From positions 1 through 27,524 of the forward strand of contig JBECKX010000146.1 in NCBI GenBank assembly GCA_040235515.1: DNA of 27,524 nt, given 5' to 3'. The notes beneath the pieces were generated by a model. That model was given only the letters and a program-made list of their open reading frames with translations. It had not been told where the DNA came from and ran no database searches. The stretch is from Candidatus Zixiibacteriota bacterium. GTDB lineage: Bacteria; Zixibacteria; MSB-5A5; CAIYYT01. Positions 1-7,756 of this stretch are shown here, in pieces. The position numbers and the translations under genes are program-made. Each line of letters begins with the position of its first letter. Positions within the stretch are counted from its first letter, which is position 1.

Positions 1-578
1 TTAACGCGCTGGAGGCGTGAGAGGATGGTCGGCAACAACAGTCCCGGCCTGTCGGTAAGCAGGATCAGATGCGTATTCGCCGGTGGTTCCTCGAGCAGTT
101 TGAGCAGCGAGTCCATCGTCGCGGGGAGCATCCGTTCCGCTTCACTGACGATACCGACCTTGCTCCTGGACAACGAGGCTCTGCGCGAGAGGGTTGTCTG
201 GAACCTCCGCACCGATTCGAGCGGGATATATTGTGTCGCCGCGGAAGTTGTGTCACCAAACGGATCATCACGTCTGCCGTGCAGGTAGGCATCCGACTGC
301 GTGTCCCACTCCTTGTCGGTGGCCGGCAGAGGAAAAAGGTAGTGGATATCGGGGTGCGAGAAATTGTGAAACTGCAGACAGGAGGCGCAACGACAGCCCT
401 GCCGGCGTGGGGATTCGAGACAGGCTAATTCCTGCGCCAACTGTTCGGCTACCACCCATTTGCCGACTCCTTTTTGGCCGGCGAAGAGAAGCGACGTGGG
501 CAGTTTGTCCTGCGCTGCCAGTTTTCGCAGCCGCTCAAGAATGTTCGGGTGAAGTTGTTCGGCGCTGATCGCGGTCAT
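1..578 (-). CDS. holB: DNA polymerase III delta-prime subunit (3' end runs off the window)
   Basis: Not in the ORF track. My translation from ATG 578 (GGAG RBS upstream) is open to the window edge: MTAISAEQLHPNILERLRK..SLLFAGQKGVGKW..CLESPRRQGCRCASC..HPDIHYLFP..IVSEAERM..DSLLKLLEEPPANTHLILLTDRPGLLLPTILSRLQRV. It has the P-loop, four-Cys zinc module, HPD, LLKxLEEPP and LLPTIxSR clamp-loader motifs. Confidence 0.93.
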   Translation of the reverse strand, partial: MTAISAEQLHPNILERLRKLAAQDKLPTSLLFAGQKGVGKWVVAEQLAQELACLESPRRQGCRCASCLQFHNFSHPDIHYLFPLPATDKEWDTQSDAYLHGRRDDPFGDTTSAATQYIPLESVRRFQTTLSRRASLSRSKVGIVSEAERMLPATMDSLLKLLEEPPANTHLILLTDRPGLLLPTILSRLQRV

Positions 579-598
579 TCTCACTCTCCGACTCGAGG

Positions 599-1723
599 TT
601 ACCTCAGCCAAGGTAATGGATCGACGGGAGTCTTGCCATCTCTGATTTCAAAATGCAGCCTGTCTCCTGCAGTCCGGGCAAAAGCCTCACCCCTGATCAC
701 CGATTCGCCTTCGGTAACCTGCAGATCACTCAAATTGCCGTACAGCGAATAGATCGAACCACCGTGGTCGACTACGAGGAAATTCTCCAGACCACGGGCA
801 AAGCCGATATACAAAACCCGGCCGGTCAGGGCGGCGATCACGGGGCGATTGGGAGTGGTGGAGATGTTGATTCCATTGCTTTTGCTCGATAGACCGGTGC
901 GTTTGTCATACTTGGTACCGAATCCGGTGACAACGCGACCATTGACGGGCCAATGGAGATTGCCTTTGAGGCGAAGATTCAGATCTCGCTGCTGTTGCCA
1001 GAGCTGGTCAGCTGTCTGACGCAGTTCGTTGTCGAGTGTCGAGAAGATATCTCCAACTGTCGCCGATGATTCCTGCAACTGGTCGAGCTGGCGGTCAAGT
1101 TCGTGCTGCTCTCCTTTGATTTCGGCCAGGAGGCGCTCCCGCTGCTGCAAAGTCTCTTTCATATTCGCCTCTTCGCTGCGACGCTGCGCGACGGCGTGCT
1201 GCAATTCGGTTTTTCGATCCTCGAGGCTGTTGAGCAGTTCTTCGCGGCTGTTGATCTCCATGCTGAGAGAGGATATCCGCAGGTTATCGTGTGCGACGAG
1301 TCTGCGGTAATAGACGGTATTGTCGCTCAGGTCGAGTCCCCCGATCGGAGCCAATGGTGCCAGCGGCGGCATGATCGAGTTGAGGACGTAGTAGCGGCGA
1401 AGTCGTTCACGCGCCTGCTGATTTGCCTCGAGCGAGGAACCCTGCAATGCAGCGAGCGTGTCATTGGTCGCTTCTACCTCGTCGGTCAGTTTGCGGATCT
1501 GTGAGCGCAACTGCCGCAAGAGCCGGCTGCTGAGTTCCAGTTCATGGTCAAGCGCGGCGAGTTGATCGTAGAGATCAGCCTGGGTCTGTAGTAGCGACTC
1601 AGCTCGTTGTCGCGTTTCCTCCAACTCCCCTTTCAAATCTTCTACTTCCCTGGTCTGCGAAACGGAAGCGGAAGTCAGCAGCCAGAGGAACATGGCAACG
1701 ATCGTGAGTTGAGCTATTCGCAT
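599..1723 (-). CDS. envC: EnvC-like murein hydrolase activator (coiled coil plus degenerate M23/LytM domain)
   Basis: Signal peptide, long coiled coil, C-terminal WPVNGRVV..NGINI..YGNL..LHFEIRDGKTPVDPLPWL. Zinc ligands are degenerate, as expected for EnvC. Lies directly downstream of ftsX. Confidence 0.85.
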   Translation of the reverse strand: MRIAQLTIVAMFLWLLTSASVSQTREVEDLKGELEETRQRAESLLQTQADLYDQLAALDHELELSSRLLRQLRSQIRKLTDEVEATNDTLAALQGSSLEANQQARERLRRYYVLNSIMPPLAPLAPIGGLDLSDNTVYYRRLVAHDNLRISSLSMEINSREELLNSLEDRKTELQHAVAQRRSEEANMKETLQQRERLLAEIKGEQHELDRQLDQLQESSATVGDIFSTLDNELRQTADQLWQQQRDLNLRLKGNLHWPVNGRVVTGFGTKYDKRTGLSSKSNGINISTTPNRPVIAALTGRVLYIGFARGLENFLVVDHGGSIYSLYGNLSDLQVTEGESVIRGEAFARTAGDRLHFEIRDGKTPVDPLPWLR

Positions 1724-1728
1724 GACGA

Positions 1729-2526
1729 CTATCTGTATCGCAACGATCGAGAGAGGAGACCAATGAGAAAGAAAAGCGTTGATGCGCTCGCAAGAATAAC
1801 CAGCGACTTCGGTTCCACAAAGACGGACGACGCAAACTGTGATTTCGTGAGGTACCAGATCAAATAGGCCGCACCGATACCGATCCCGACTGCCAGCGCC
1901 GCCGCCAACAGCCAGCGACCAACGAATCTCCGAACGATCAGCGCCAGTCCCGCACCATGCATCTGAAGCGCTACCAGGATTGCCCGGTGCGACTGTTCGG
2001 CGAGTGTCACACTCATTACCAGCGCGAAGATAGTCGCGAGCAGGCTCAGCCCGAGGGTGGCCAAAATGATCAACTGCCAGCGATCAAAGGCCTGTTCCTG
2101 TGCAGCGATCCAGGCCGCGTTAAAAGTCACTGTGTCGACGGCGCTGCTGCGTTGGATTTGTGGTGCCAGTTTTTGGAAGCGGTCGAGCGTTGCGAAGCGG
2201 GCCTCGAAGCTCACCACGATTCTGCTCGGCAGCGGATTGGCGGAAGAATCGGGGAGCAATTCCCGACCGAGCAGCGATTGCATCTTATCGAAGGCCGCCT
2301 GCTGATCCTCGATCCGAAATTCATGAAAGCCGGGGAGCGACCTGATCTCACGGATCAGCGATTCAAGCTGAAGCGGAGCTGCGGTGGGATGGAGGTAGAC
2401 CGCCACGGTTTGTTCCGCGCGCAGGTCATCGACGTAAGCCCGGAAATTGCTGTCCACTGATAGCATCAAGGTGACGAGCAGAATACACGCCGCCAGTAGC
2501 AGAAAGCTGGTCATCCGCAGGATCAT
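1729..2526 (-). CDS. ftsX: FtsX-like cell division permease
   Basis: Start reassigned to ATG 2526, which overlaps the upstream stop (ATGA). One N-terminal TM, a periplasmic domain with VAVYL..AFDKMQSLLG..NPLP, then three TMs. Sits between the ftsE-like gene and envC. Confidence 0.8.
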   Translation of the reverse strand: MILRMTSFLLLAACILLVTLMLSVDSNFRAYVDDLRAEQTVAVYLHPTAAPLQLESLIREIRSLPGFHEFRIEDQQAAFDKMQSLLGRELLPDSSANPLPSRIVVSFEARFATLDRFQKLAPQIQRSSAVDTVTFNAAWIAAQEQAFDRWQLIILATLGLSLLATIFALVMSVTLAEQSHRAILVALQMHGAGLALIVRRFVGRWLLAAALAVGIGIGAAYLIWYLTKSQFASSVFVEPKSLVILASASTLFFLIGLLSRSLRYR

Positions 2527-3164
2527 CGCAACAACTCCTGCTGTTGAACGGTGCCGGCAGCGGGCTCTATTGTTACCGTGCCTTCGATCAGCACTGCCGC
2601 CCCAGCGAGGGAGAGATCGTGGATGATGGAGATGATCAAACCCTCGCTCTCCTCCCCCCAGCACTTCTCCGCGACGATCAGCCTCGGGGATTTCACCAGG
2701 GCCTGTGCCAGTGAGAGTTGCAGTCGCTGTGTGGAGGTCAACTGTCGCGCCAGGGTATGCGCCAGTCCGCTGAGTCCCACGCGCGCAAGGGCAGATTGCA
2801 CGAGCACGCGGCGCTTCTTCGATCGCCGCACCTGAACCCGCAGTGGGATTGCCGCGTTTGCCTGAACCGTCCAGTCATCTACGATGCCAATGTCGAGCGA
2901 GAGCAATGCCACCGACTTACGCAGCCGTTGCAGGGTCCTGCGCGAGGCGTGTTGAAGCTGCACTCCGAGGACTCGAAACTCACCCGATTGGAGTTGCGCC
3001 TGCCTGGTGAGTAGTTGCATCAGTGCAGAATGATATCCGGCTGCCGATGTGGGGGCGAGCACCAGCTTGCCACTTTCGACAACCAGGTCGGGGAGTTGCA
3101 CACTCCACTTGCTATCGGTCGGATCATAGCTGGCATTCGATATCTTCAGTGCTTCCGCAAGCAT
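2523..3164 (-). CDS. ftsE: FtsE-like ABC nucleotide-binding-fold protein with degenerate ATPase motifs
   Basis: Likely start ATG 3164 (GAAGG upstream). Collinear with FtsE (SGEFRVLG..LRKSVALL..TVQANAAIPL..VQSALARVGL..LAQALVKSPRLIVA), but Walker A, Walker B, signature, Q-loop and H-loop are not conserved. The symbol rests on fold resemblance and gene context. Confidence 0.7.
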   Translation of the reverse strand: MLAEALKISNASYDPTDSKWSVQLPDLVVESGKLVLAPTSAAGYHSALMQLLTRQAQLQSGEFRVLGVQLQHASRRTLQRLRKSVALLSLDIGIVDDWTVQANAAIPLRVQVRRSKKRRVLVQSALARVGLSGLAHTLARQLTSTQRLQLSLAQALVKSPRLIVAEKCWGEESEGLIISIIHDLSLAGAAVLIEGTVTIEPAAGTVQQQELLR

Positions 3165-3328
3165 AACTACCTTCGCGCTATTCGACTGTTGTACGAAACT
3201 CTCCGTCTGTTCAGCGCAGTAATGTTGCAGGTCACAGGCACTTATCACAACCACTTTTTGGTTGACTTCATGCAATGAGTCGTCGTAGTTCAATGGTACG
3301 ATCAATATTGAGTGGGGAGAGGAGAATC

Positions 3329-4294
3329 ATGACACGTTCATCTGCGCTATACATAGCAATTTGCATCGTTCTGGCCCTGACCTTTATCGGTTGTGGGGGT
3401 GATGACGAGGCGAGGCTTCAGTACGAAACCCTGCCGTTTCCCACGACAGGCAACATCGTTGCGCTCAGTTTTATCTCTGCCGACGAAGGCTACATCGCCA
3501 CGGGGAGTGAGGTTTACTACACGAAGGACGCCGGCGGTTCGTTCGTGAAGGTATATCAGAGCGACGGACGGAACATCATGGGCGTGCATTTCGTCGACGA
3601 CGATCTCGGGTTCATTTTCGGTGACGGCGGATTGCTGGCTCGCAGCGAGGATGGCGGCACCAACTGGCAGAATGTCAGCGTGAATAACAACTATCGGCTC
3701 ACCGCGATGCAGACGGTTGGTGACGAACGGCTGCAGCTTGTGGGCACCGTCATGTCCGATACTGTGCCGGCGCCCGCGATAATGGGTTCTTCGAGTGATG
3801 ATGGAATCACCTGGAGTTTCTCCGGAGTACCATACCATGGTTTCTGCAAGGTCGAGTCCGCCTCGGCGACCCACAGTTGGATTCTCGGCGCGGATGCCGT
3901 GATGTACACGACCGATGGCGGCAAGACGTGGGAGCATACCGCGGCACGCAGCGAACTGAAAATCAATGATTTCTCATTCTCCGACCTTACGCATGGCTGG
4001 GAGGTCAGTTCCACCGGTGCAGTTCGCTACACTTCCGATGGCGGTTGGTCGTGGGAGAGGAAGGTGGTCCTGCCCGATTCGGCGTCGGCGCGCGTGCTGA
4101 CCTCGGTTGACGCCCCCGAAACTGATCGCATCTACGTTGCCGGTGATCGCCTCATTGCGATGACTCAAAACCATGGGCTGAAATGGTACGTTGATGACGT
4201 TTCACTGCCGGCGAGGTTGAACGTGGTGCAGGCCATGGGCGGTAAAGTGTACTTCGGTGGCAATGGCGGATTGTTGCTGCGGTTGCTTTATTGA
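3329..4294 (+). CDS. YCF48/BNR-repeat beta-propeller lipoprotein
   Basis: ATG 3329 after GGAGAGGAG, lipobox FIGC, repeated Asp-box motifs (TKDAGGSF, SEDGGTNW, SDDGITW, TTDGGKTW, TSDGGWSW, TQNHGLKW). Confidence 0.88.
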   Translation: MTRSSALYIAICIVLALTFIGCGGDDEARLQYETLPFPTTGNIVALSFISADEGYIATGSEVYYTKDAGGSFVKVYQSDGRNIMGVHFVDDDLGFIFGDGGLLARSEDGGTNWQNVSVNNNYRLTAMQTVGDERLQLVGTVMSDTVPAPAIMGSSSDDGITWSFSGVPYHGFCKVESASATHSWILGADAVMYTTDGGKTWEHTAARSELKINDFSFSDLTHGWEVSSTGAVRYTSDGGWSWERKVVLPDSASARVLTSVDAPETDRIYVAGDRLIAMTQNHGLKWYVDDVSLPARLNVVQAMGGKVYFGGNGGLLLRLLY

Positions 4295-4344
4295 TGCCCT
4301 CGGCTTCGCAGAACGGCGGCGAGGGTCGGGTCTCAGCCTGGCGC

Positions 4345-4725
4345 TCACTTGACGGCCAATAGCTCGATCTCAAAGACTATCATCGAATCAGGTGGGATTT
4401 TCCCTACCTTCCTGCTGCCGTAGCCAAGTTCCGGCGGGATGAATAGCTTACGTCTGCCGCCGACCTTCATCCCTGCGATCCCTTCACTCCAACCCCTGAT
4501 GAATTCCTTTCCGCCCAGCAGAAACTCAAATGGTTGCCTTCGACCGCGCGATGAGTCGAACTTCTTCCCGTTCATCAGCCAGCCGGTGTAGTGCACGCTT
4601 ACCCATTTCAGCGGTCGTGCCTCGTCACCCGATCCCACCGCCAGATCGACATAGCGCAACCCCGACTCGGTTTTGATCGAGTCGGGATCGATGTCTATTG
4701 GACGTCGAAAGAAAGAGAAAGGCAA
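4345..4725 (-). CDS. FKBP-type peptidyl-prolyl cis-trans isomerase (no signal peptide)
   Basis: SGLRYVDL..VHYTGWL..KFDSS..IRGWSEG..MKVGGRRKLFIPPELGYG..IPP..FEIELL. TTG start is uncertain. Confidence 0.95.
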   Translation of the reverse strand: MPFSFFRRPIDIDPDSIKTESGLRYVDLAVGSGDEARPLKWVSVHYTGWLMNGKKFDSSRGRRQPFEFLLGGKEFIRGWSEGIAGMKVGGRRKLFIPPELGYGSRKVGKIPPDSMIVFEIELLAVK

Positions 4726-4768
4726 TATTCAAACACCAATCTGGTGTTGTAGCAGGCGAACCAGGCGC

Positions 4769-5308
4769 CTACTTCACGGAGACAAGTTCAATTTCGAAGA
4801 TCAGCGTCGCCTTGGGCGGAATCCCGCGGCCACCCGCTTCTCCATAAGCGAGCCAGTACGGGACTACCACCTTACGCACGCCACCCGGTTTCATCGTGAG
4901 CAGGCATTCCACCCAACCATCGATAACCGCGTGCGGCTGAAAAACGAACGTGTATGGCTGACCCCGATCATGTGAGCTTTGGAAGCGCGTACCATCTTCG
5001 AACCAGAGAGTGTAATGCGCACTCACCTGTTTACCCCATGCCGGCGACGGTCCCTCGCCTACTTTAATGTCGACCCACTTGAGACCAGACGAACTGTAGG
5101 TCGTATCACCCTCGGTGCGATAGCTGGTCGTGTCGGTAAAGTGAGTTGGCTGCTTGACTTCGGGCTGCGACTGTTTTGCCTGCTGCTCCGCCTTCTGCTG
5201 ATTGGTGGAATCGTTGCGGGCGTCCTCCGAAGCATCGCCTGCGCTACAGCCGTAGAAAGTCGCGGCAACCAATAGTACAATTATACCTGTGCTGATCAAT
5301 GAACGCAT
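4769..5308 (-). CDS. FKBP-type PPIase, predicted lipoprotein
   Basis: ATG 5308 after GGAGGAGG, lipobox FYGC, Gln-rich linker, FKBP domain (HYTLW..FQSS..VIDGW..MKPGGVRK..LAYG..IPPKATLIFEIEL). Confidence 0.93.
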   Translation of the reverse strand: MRSLISTGIIVLLVAATFYGCSAGDASEDARNDSTNQQKAEQQAKQSQPEVKQPTHFTDTTSYRTEGDTTYSSSGLKWVDIKVGEGPSPAWGKQVSAHYTLWFEDGTRFQSSHDRGQPYTFVFQPHAVIDGWVECLLTMKPGGVRKVVVPYWLAYGEAGGRGIPPKATLIFEIELVSVK

Positions 5309-5455
5309 TGACCCCTCCTCCATTGCTAGTGACACTCTATATTCTCAAGCATTATGACAAATCAATCTTATCGATCAAGCTAATTGATCAGGCGTACCTG
5401 CGTGGCTCAGACGATTCACACTATCAATATACGGCTTTTCGCCACAGACCCAAGG

Positions 5456-6505
5456 CTACATCCTCACCAGGAGATTTTCGGCGCAGAATCCCGGTCCGAG
5501 GGCGCTGATCAAGCCATACTCGCGTGAACCGCCGTAGAGCGTCATCTGGTGATGCAACACGAAGAGCACAGAGACGGATGACATATTGCCGTAGAGGCGA
5601 AGCATTTCCCGGCAGGACTCGAGCATCCCATCCGGCAACTGCAGCGCGCGTTGGTAGGCCTGCAGCACTTTCATGCCGCCGGGATGAAGAATGAAATGCT
5701 TGATATCCGCAAGCGCAAGGGAGTGTTTGGCTAAGAAGTCTTCGAAGTTGGCCCTGGCCTTCTCTTCCACGATGCGGGGAATGCTGCGACTGAACACCAC
5801 CTGCATCCCGCTATTCATGAAGTTCCAGCCCATGACATCAAGGGAGGCCGGCCAGAAGGTGCTGTGCGTGTCGAGAATCTCAACCCCGTCTGCTTCAACC
5901 TCGTCACCGCCAAGCAGGACCGCTGCGGCTCCATCACCGAAGAGAGCGGTTGCGATGAAGTTGCTCTTACTGAAATCGTTCTGCTGAAATGTGAGTCCGC
6001 AGAGTTCTACAGCCACCAGGAGCACGGTGCGGTCGGGGTACCCTTTGAGGTAACGGAATGCATGCGACAATCCCGCGGCTCCGCCGGCACAGCCAAGTCC
6101 CCAGATCGGGGTGCGATGAATATCAGGTCGCAGGCCCAGGACGTTGATCAAGCGAGCGTCGATAGAGGGGGTTGCCAGACCGGTGGTCGAGACGAATATA
6201 AGATAGTCGACATCGGAGGGTTGCAGCCGAGCGGCCCGCAAGCCCGCCAGAGCAGCCTCCGCCCCCAGTTCGGTGGCGGACTTGATGTAGACTTCGTTTT
6301 TCTCCAGGAATGATCGCTCGTTCTCGTACCAGTCGACCGGAACGGCGAAATAGCGTTCTTCGATCCCTGAATTGGTGAAGACAGCAAGCAGATGCTCGAG
6401 CGGCAGCTCCGATTCAGAGAAATGGGTAGCTACAAAATCTCTGGCTTGATCTTGAGTGAGTTTGTACTGAGGTACAACGGGCGCTGCTGAGATGATCCTG
6501 GGCAT
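5456..6505 (-). CDS. Type III polyketide synthase (chalcone synthase-like, BpsA/SrsA type)
   Basis: Catalytic triad motifs GLGCAGG, HPGG and YGNMSS, plus ALFGDGAAA and ALGPGF. Start is ATG 6505 or GTG 6517. Confidence 0.95.
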   Translation of the reverse strand: MPRIISAAPVVPQYKLTQDQARDFVATHFSESELPLEHLLAVFTNSGIEERYFAVPVDWYENERSFLEKNEVYIKSATELGAEAALAGLRAARLQPSDVDYLIFVSTTGLATPSIDARLINVLGLRPDIHRTPIWGLGCAGGAAGLSHAFRYLKGYPDRTVLLVAVELCGLTFQQNDFSKSNFIATALFGDGAAAVLLGGDEVEADGVEILDTHSTFWPASLDVMGWNFMNSGMQVVFSRSIPRIVEEKARANFEDFLAKHSLALADIKHFILHPGGMKVLQAYQRALQLPDGMLESCREMLRLYGNMSSVSVLFVLHHQMTLYGGSREYGLISALGPGFCAENLLVRM

Positions 6506-6621
6506 AAAAGAACGCACCTGCTTTCAATGTAGGTACGTCCGAAACTCCATTCTGTAGAATGCAATCGCCGGCGCGGACTGCATAAAATCGGCGCGGTGGT
6601 GCCGCAGCGCCAGGCCGTTTC

Positions 6622-7371
6622 TTAGGCCAGCGTATAGCCGCCGTCGGCGATGATCGTCTGACCGGTGATCCAGCGGGCATCCTCGGTGCAGAGGAAATAG
6701 ACGACTCCGGCGACTTCATCGGCTGTGCCGATGCGGCCGAAGGGAGTGCGTCGCTCCACCTCTTTCTTCATCTCTTCGTACGAGGGGAACACCTTGAGGG
6801 CATCGGTATCGATGAAACCGCCCGAAACGCAATTCACGTTGATCTTTTTGGGTGCCAGTTCGTAGGCAAGGTACTTCACCAGGTTTTCGATCGCCGCTTT
6901 GGAAACTCCGATGGCGGCGTAGCCGTCGATATAGCGGTGCGAGCCGAGGGATGAGAGCGCGACAATCTTGGCGCCGTTCGGCATCATGTCGATACAATGC
7001 TGCACGCAGAGAAGGAATGCCTGAGCATTGGTGTGCATCGACAAATCCCAGGCTTTGTCATCGATCTTTAGTGCTTCGGTGTAGAGTCCGAGTGCGGCAT
7101 TGGAGATGAGGATGTCAAGGCGGCCGTACTTCTCTCGCAGTTCGTCGAACACCCGATGGAGCAACTCGTGTTTGCCCACATTGGCGCGAATGGCGACAGC
7201 ATCCGAGCCGAGCGCTTTGAGTTCCTCAACCATCTTGTCGGCGGCATCCCGGCTGCGGAAATAGTTGACAGCGACATTGGCCCCGGCTTTGGCCAGGCGC
7301 AACGCGATTGCCCGTCCGATACCCTTGGTTCCGCCCGTAACCAGGGCGACTTTTCCATCTAGCTCACCCAA
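6622..7371 (-). CDS. fabL: Enoyl-ACP reductase FabL-like short-chain dehydrogenase
   Basis: TGGTKGIG Rossmann motif, SNAA.G, SSLGS.RY, Y-x6-K (YAAIGVSK), VSGG.IDTDALK.FP and GQTII.DGG match the Bacillus FabL pattern. TTG start with AGGAGG RBS. Confidence 0.85.
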   Translation of the reverse strand: MGELDGKVALVTGGTKGIGRAIALRLAKAGANVAVNYFRSRDAADKMVEELKALGSDAVAIRANVGKHELLHRVFDELREKYGRLDILISNAALGLYTEALKIDDKAWDLSMHTNAQAFLLCVQHCIDMMPNGAKIVALSSLGSHRYIDGYAAIGVSKAAIENLVKYLAYELAPKKINVNCVSGGFIDTDALKVFPSYEEMKKEVERRTPFGRIGTADEVAGVVYFLCTEDARWITGQTIIADGGYTLA

Positions 7372-7448
7372 CGCTTTCCTCCTGAAAGTGGCATTACAGA
7401 ATGACTTAGCGACTCGATTCCCGGAGAATCTCGATTGAAACTCAACTG

Positions 7449-7477
7449 AATCTAAGTAAATAGAGTATTGTTGTCAA
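7449..7477 (-). promoter_or_regulatory. Sigma-70-type promoter for fabL (and possibly the PKS)
   Basis: Minus strand TTGACA-N17-TAGATT, about 80 bp upstream of the fabL start. Confidence 0.7.
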
Positions 7478-7604
7478 CGAATTGGGACCTGTCAGATTAT
7501 TCGGAAAAGGAGAGGAAGTTGACCGGAAATCTCCGTGCGAGAGATCTGTCTCATTTTGATGTCAGGCAGCAAGTTACGTCGCATCTCCCGCGATTTTGCC
7601 TCTA

Positions 7605-7627
7605 AACTGTCGGAATTTTGAACAGTT
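7605..7627. promoter_or_regulatory. Candidate enhancer-binding-protein site (TGT-N11-ACA)
   Basis: Perfect inverted repeat AACTGT-N11-ACAGTT about 60 bp upstream of the sigma-54 motif. Confidence 0.6.
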
Positions 7628-7656
7628 GTAGATTCTCCGCGGAGCACGCTGGAAAC

Positions 7657-7669
7657 TAAGTCATTTATT
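7657..7669. promoter_or_regulatory. Candidate IHF site
   Basis: TAAGTCATTTATT has one mismatch to YAANNNNTTGATW and lies between the enhancer palindrome and the sigma-54 site. Confidence 0.4.
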
Positions 7670-7688
7670 CTCAGCGAGTTGCAAATAT

Positions 7689-7704
7689 TGGCATCTCAAT
7701 TGCT
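7689..7704 (+). promoter_or_regulatory. Sigma-54 (-24/-12) promoter
   Basis: TGGCATCTCAATTGCT gives exact GG-N10-GC spacing, 52 bp before the PEP-CTERM gene start. Confidence 0.8.
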
Positions 7705-7756
7705 CTATATAGCCTTGATAAAAAATAATTTGCTACCGCTTAAGGAGTACATTTCG

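Noticed and set aside
25..568. Several short ORFs from the track at the window start
   Set aside because: The region is explained by the truncated minus-strand holB.
599..950. M23 domain lacking zinc ligands (SNGIN, YGNL)
   Set aside because: Degenerate LytM is the normal state of EnvC, so it is not novel.
2527..2664. N-terminal extension of the ftsX ORF, and similar extensions on ftsE, macB, the PEP-CTERM gene and the DUF4406-like gene
   Set aside because: Longest-ORF artefacts. Downstream starts have an RBS or stop-start coupling and fit family lengths.
3329..4294. YCF48 similarity as a sign of photosynthesis
   Set aside because: Asp-box propellers of this type are widespread in non-phototrophs, and no photosystem genes are present.
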